A stretch of 64,000 bases of DNA from Octopus vulgaris (taxonomy: Eukaryota). The notes under the pieces are model-generated. The model was not told where the DNA came from. It worked only from the letters and a program-made list of their open reading frames with translations, and made no database searches. Within the stretch, counting starts at the first letter, position 1; the number at the start of each line of letters is the position of its first letter. The stretch spans positions 15,066,001 through 15,130,000 of the forward strand of contig OX597817.1 of NCBI GenBank assembly GCA_951406725.2, in the 5' to 3' direction. Positions 61,091 through 64,000 of this stretch are shown here, piece by piece. Position numbers and translations under genes: made by a program.

Positions 61091-61739
61091 ATATAACTAA
61101 ATGGTTTTACATAATATCATGATGGAAGAGTTTAATTTAAATGTGAAAACTTTAAAGTTGGCAGTTTTTGTACTCTTCAGCCAGAGGTAGCTTCAAATAG
61201 GTTGATGTTGAAACAGGTAATGCATGAAAGTATCTGTAGATGTCTATCAAAGTTTTGTTAGTAGATGAAGTCTTCCAGTTGATGACCATTGATATTTCTT
61301 TCCTTCAAGTATTCAGCATGAATACTTGTGGACTACTTGGCTGGATTACGTGGAGGATTATCTAAATCACTCTCTTGTATCTGATAGGTTGACTTGTTTC
61401 CAAGAGTAGCTGATATAGCTAGGATGGGAAACTCCCTAATTAGCTGAGATGAAAAATTGGAAAAGTTTTTAGGGCAAAGAGGAGATTGTTGTTGAGTAAC
61501 TCAGGTAATCTCTGAATTTTTCTATGGCACTAAAAGTGTAATCCACAGACCGAATCCTTCAAATATACAATGTTTTTGCCTAGTTAAGGATTACACTGCA
61601 AACCTTGAGATGCAGTAGTTTATTGTATGAAGTGCAGTGGACATGTTGCATTTTCTGATCTATTCAATCTGTTCCTATAGGTACTAGTGGTTGTCTACAG
61701 TAGAGACCAGAAAAAGAGATTTGTTTGACAATTGTTGGT

Positions 61740-62026
61740 CGTTGTGTGTGTTTATTGAGCAAAAACACCTAAAGCTCCACGAGGCTCCGGCAGGGGGTGG
61801 TGGCGACCCCTGTTGTACTCTTTCGCCTCAACTTTCTCTCACTCCACTCTTACTTCCTGTTTCTGTTGTACCTGTATTTCAAGGGGCCGGCCTTGTCACT
61901 CTCTGTGTCACGCTGAATATCCCTGAGAACTACGTTAAGGGTGCACGTGTCTGTGGAGTGCTCAGCCACTTACACGTTAATTTCACCGGAACCCTCATCG
62001 TCGTAACCGACGGAGTGCTTCCATCC
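61740..62026 (+). mobile_element. SINE family D, 5'-truncated
   Basis: Body matches the 13151 copy; tRNA head missing. Confidence 0.85.
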
Positions 62027-62584
62027 TTTGTAGTGTGTTTCCAAACAGTTTTTGGTGGATTAATGAGGTCATTGAAGCTGCTGTTATTTTCGTGTACAAG
62101 TTTGTTGTCCTTGTGAAAGGGATTGTGTTCTGGGATGTTATACACATGTTGAGGTTGTAAAAATAGAAAAAAAGGAAAAAATAATTGAGTAAATCATTGT
62201 GTGTTGTTAAGTGATCTCCAATGATTGAATGGCTACTTAGGTACAAGTTGAGGTGATGAAGCTGTGAAGACAAGGCAGGAAGTAGATAAGTTGTCTATTT
62301 TTGTTATTCTTCAGCTATTTTAGGAAATTCATAACTAGTTTTTAATGAAATAGATCTCAAGCATGACTGATTTTTTTCTTTTTATATTAAAATATACTGT
62401 TCTGTTGTGTTCTACTCACCTATCTTATTCATCACAATCATCATTATCATAAATCCATTTTCCATGCTGGCTTTGGTTGGAGGATTTGCCAACATCTGGC
62501 AGTCTAAGCCAAGCTCCAGTGTCAGTTTTGGTATGGTTTCTACAGTTGGTTTCCCTTCCTAATGCCAACCACTTTACAAAGTGT

Positions 62585-62976
62585 ACTCTTTTACTTGTTT
62601 CAGTCATTTGACTGTGGCCATGCTGGAGCACCGCCTTTAGTCGAGCTAATCGACCCCAGGACTTATTCTTTGTAAGCCCAGTACTTATTCTATCGGTCAC
62701 TTTTGCTGAACCGCTAAGTGACGGGGATGTAAACACACCAGCATTGTTGTCAAGTAATGCTATGGGGACAAACATATACACACACACAATTATATATATA
62801 TATACATATATACGACAGGCTTCTTTCAGTTTCCGTCTACCAAATCCACTCACAAGGCATTGGTCGGCCTGGGGCTATAGCAAAAGTCACTTGCCCAAGA
62901 TGCCACGCAGTGGGACCGAACCCGGAACCATGTGGTTGGTAGACAAGCTACTTACCACACAGCCACTCCTGCGCCT
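62585..62976 (-). mobile_element. SINE family A
   Basis: Reverse complement of family A. Confidence 0.9.
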
Positions 62977-64000
62977 CTACTGAGTGTTTTTTGTTTTTTT
63001 TTTGTACCACCAGCATTAGTGAGGTTGCCAAGTAATTTGCAAGACAAAAAAAGAACAAGGAAAAAGCTTCTGCTACTAAATGATGATTGTTGGGGCAGGT
63101 AGCTTTATGCCAAGTGTTGAAAGGCTAAAATATGATAGACACACAAGAGTAGGTATCTTGCTATAGAGGGGATACATAGCTACCACACACATATAGGAGT
63201 GGGGTAGGAGTAGTTAGGAAGGAGATAAAAATGCTAGCGATGGTGTGTCAGAATAAACTCTCAAGGTATAAGAAGGTGAGCATATGAGAGGATACAGACA
63301 GTGGATCAGGGGAGGGAGAGTGAGTACTCTCAGTGTATTAGAAAATAGTAACATCATCATCATCATCATTGTTCAACCATGGTCGAGACAATGGAATTTA
63401 CCATGCTACGCCAGACTTCACGGTCCATCATGGCATTACGGAAGTCCTGTTGCTGGATGCCTGTATCCCTGGAGATTACATAGTTAGAGATGGGGGAAGA
63501 GGATGTAAGGTGAGAGAAAGAAGTGGCTCAGGAAGGATAGATCAGAAGGTAGAGTGATGATGTGCAAGGTGCAGGAGTGATGAGGAGGGAAATGTAAGGG
63601 TACATAAGGGTGATTATAGTGAGGCTGGTCTCAAGATGATAGCGATTTCCTATGCTTGAGAAGGCCTGTCCACCTCAGCAAAAATTATGTCCTAAATCCT
63701 TCTGGTTATACTTGTGACTCATTCTGCCTCGTCAAGCCTACCTCTAACAACCAACCCTTCATCACTCCTCTGTCTATGGGCAGTATTGGCACATATTACT
63801 CCTCTCCCTGTCTTTGTACCACCTGTTACTTCCTTCCCATTATCTTCCCCATCCACACTTTCAGTGATCTCCTTTCTGTACCTTCAATTATCTCTCGCTT
63901 CTGCCATGTTCCATTTAACACCTCCCATATCTACTTCCATTCTCAGCACCCTCCCATATATGCCATCCACTCACTATCATATTGTAAACTGAAAATCTTC

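Larger units (their letters stand above)
57200..62430 (-). mobile_element. Possible ancient retroelement (PLE-like) bounded by diverged 150-bp direct repeats
   Basis: About 57200-57345 is repeated at about 62297-62430; the DNA between looks like decayed minus-strand coding sequence split by younger repeats. Class uncertain. Confidence 0.3.

Overview
AT-rich, repeat-dense eukaryotic DNA. The SINE and LINE families look like those of a coleoid cephalopod, most likely Octopus; this is inferred from recognised repeats, not from a search. One host gene is well supported: CMC2 (twin CX9C mitochondrial COX-assembly protein), + strand, with three coding exons at 22473-22553, 24328-24399 and 39213-39263 and a probable promoter near 15.0-16.1 kb. 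A second CpG-retaining region at about 52.9-55.1 kb holds a candidate first exon (MTSGGTLQ|GT) of an unidentified gene. The rest is nested mobile DNA: at least four tRNA-headed SINE families, a degraded Tx1/L1 LINE, CR1 and RTE LINE fragments, Penelope-like elements (PLEs), mariner, Tc1 and Academ-like remnants, and hAT, TTAA-type and fold-back MITEs. Most notable: (i) hammerhead ribozyme motifs, including an apparently intact one upstream of CMC2 and a back-to-back pair in a 293-bp near-perfect palindrome; (ii) a 463-bp TRIM-like LTR mini-element with a tRNA-Trp primer site; (iii) a SINE whose 3' tail matches the Tx1 LINE 3' end; (iv) a PLE with a tRNA-like Pol III head in front of its hammerhead; (v) a CMC2 stop codon whose bypass would give a 79-aa protein. 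Repeat boundaries are read by eye and are approximate unless a TSD or TIR is quoted. Most entries in the ORF track are repeat artefacts.
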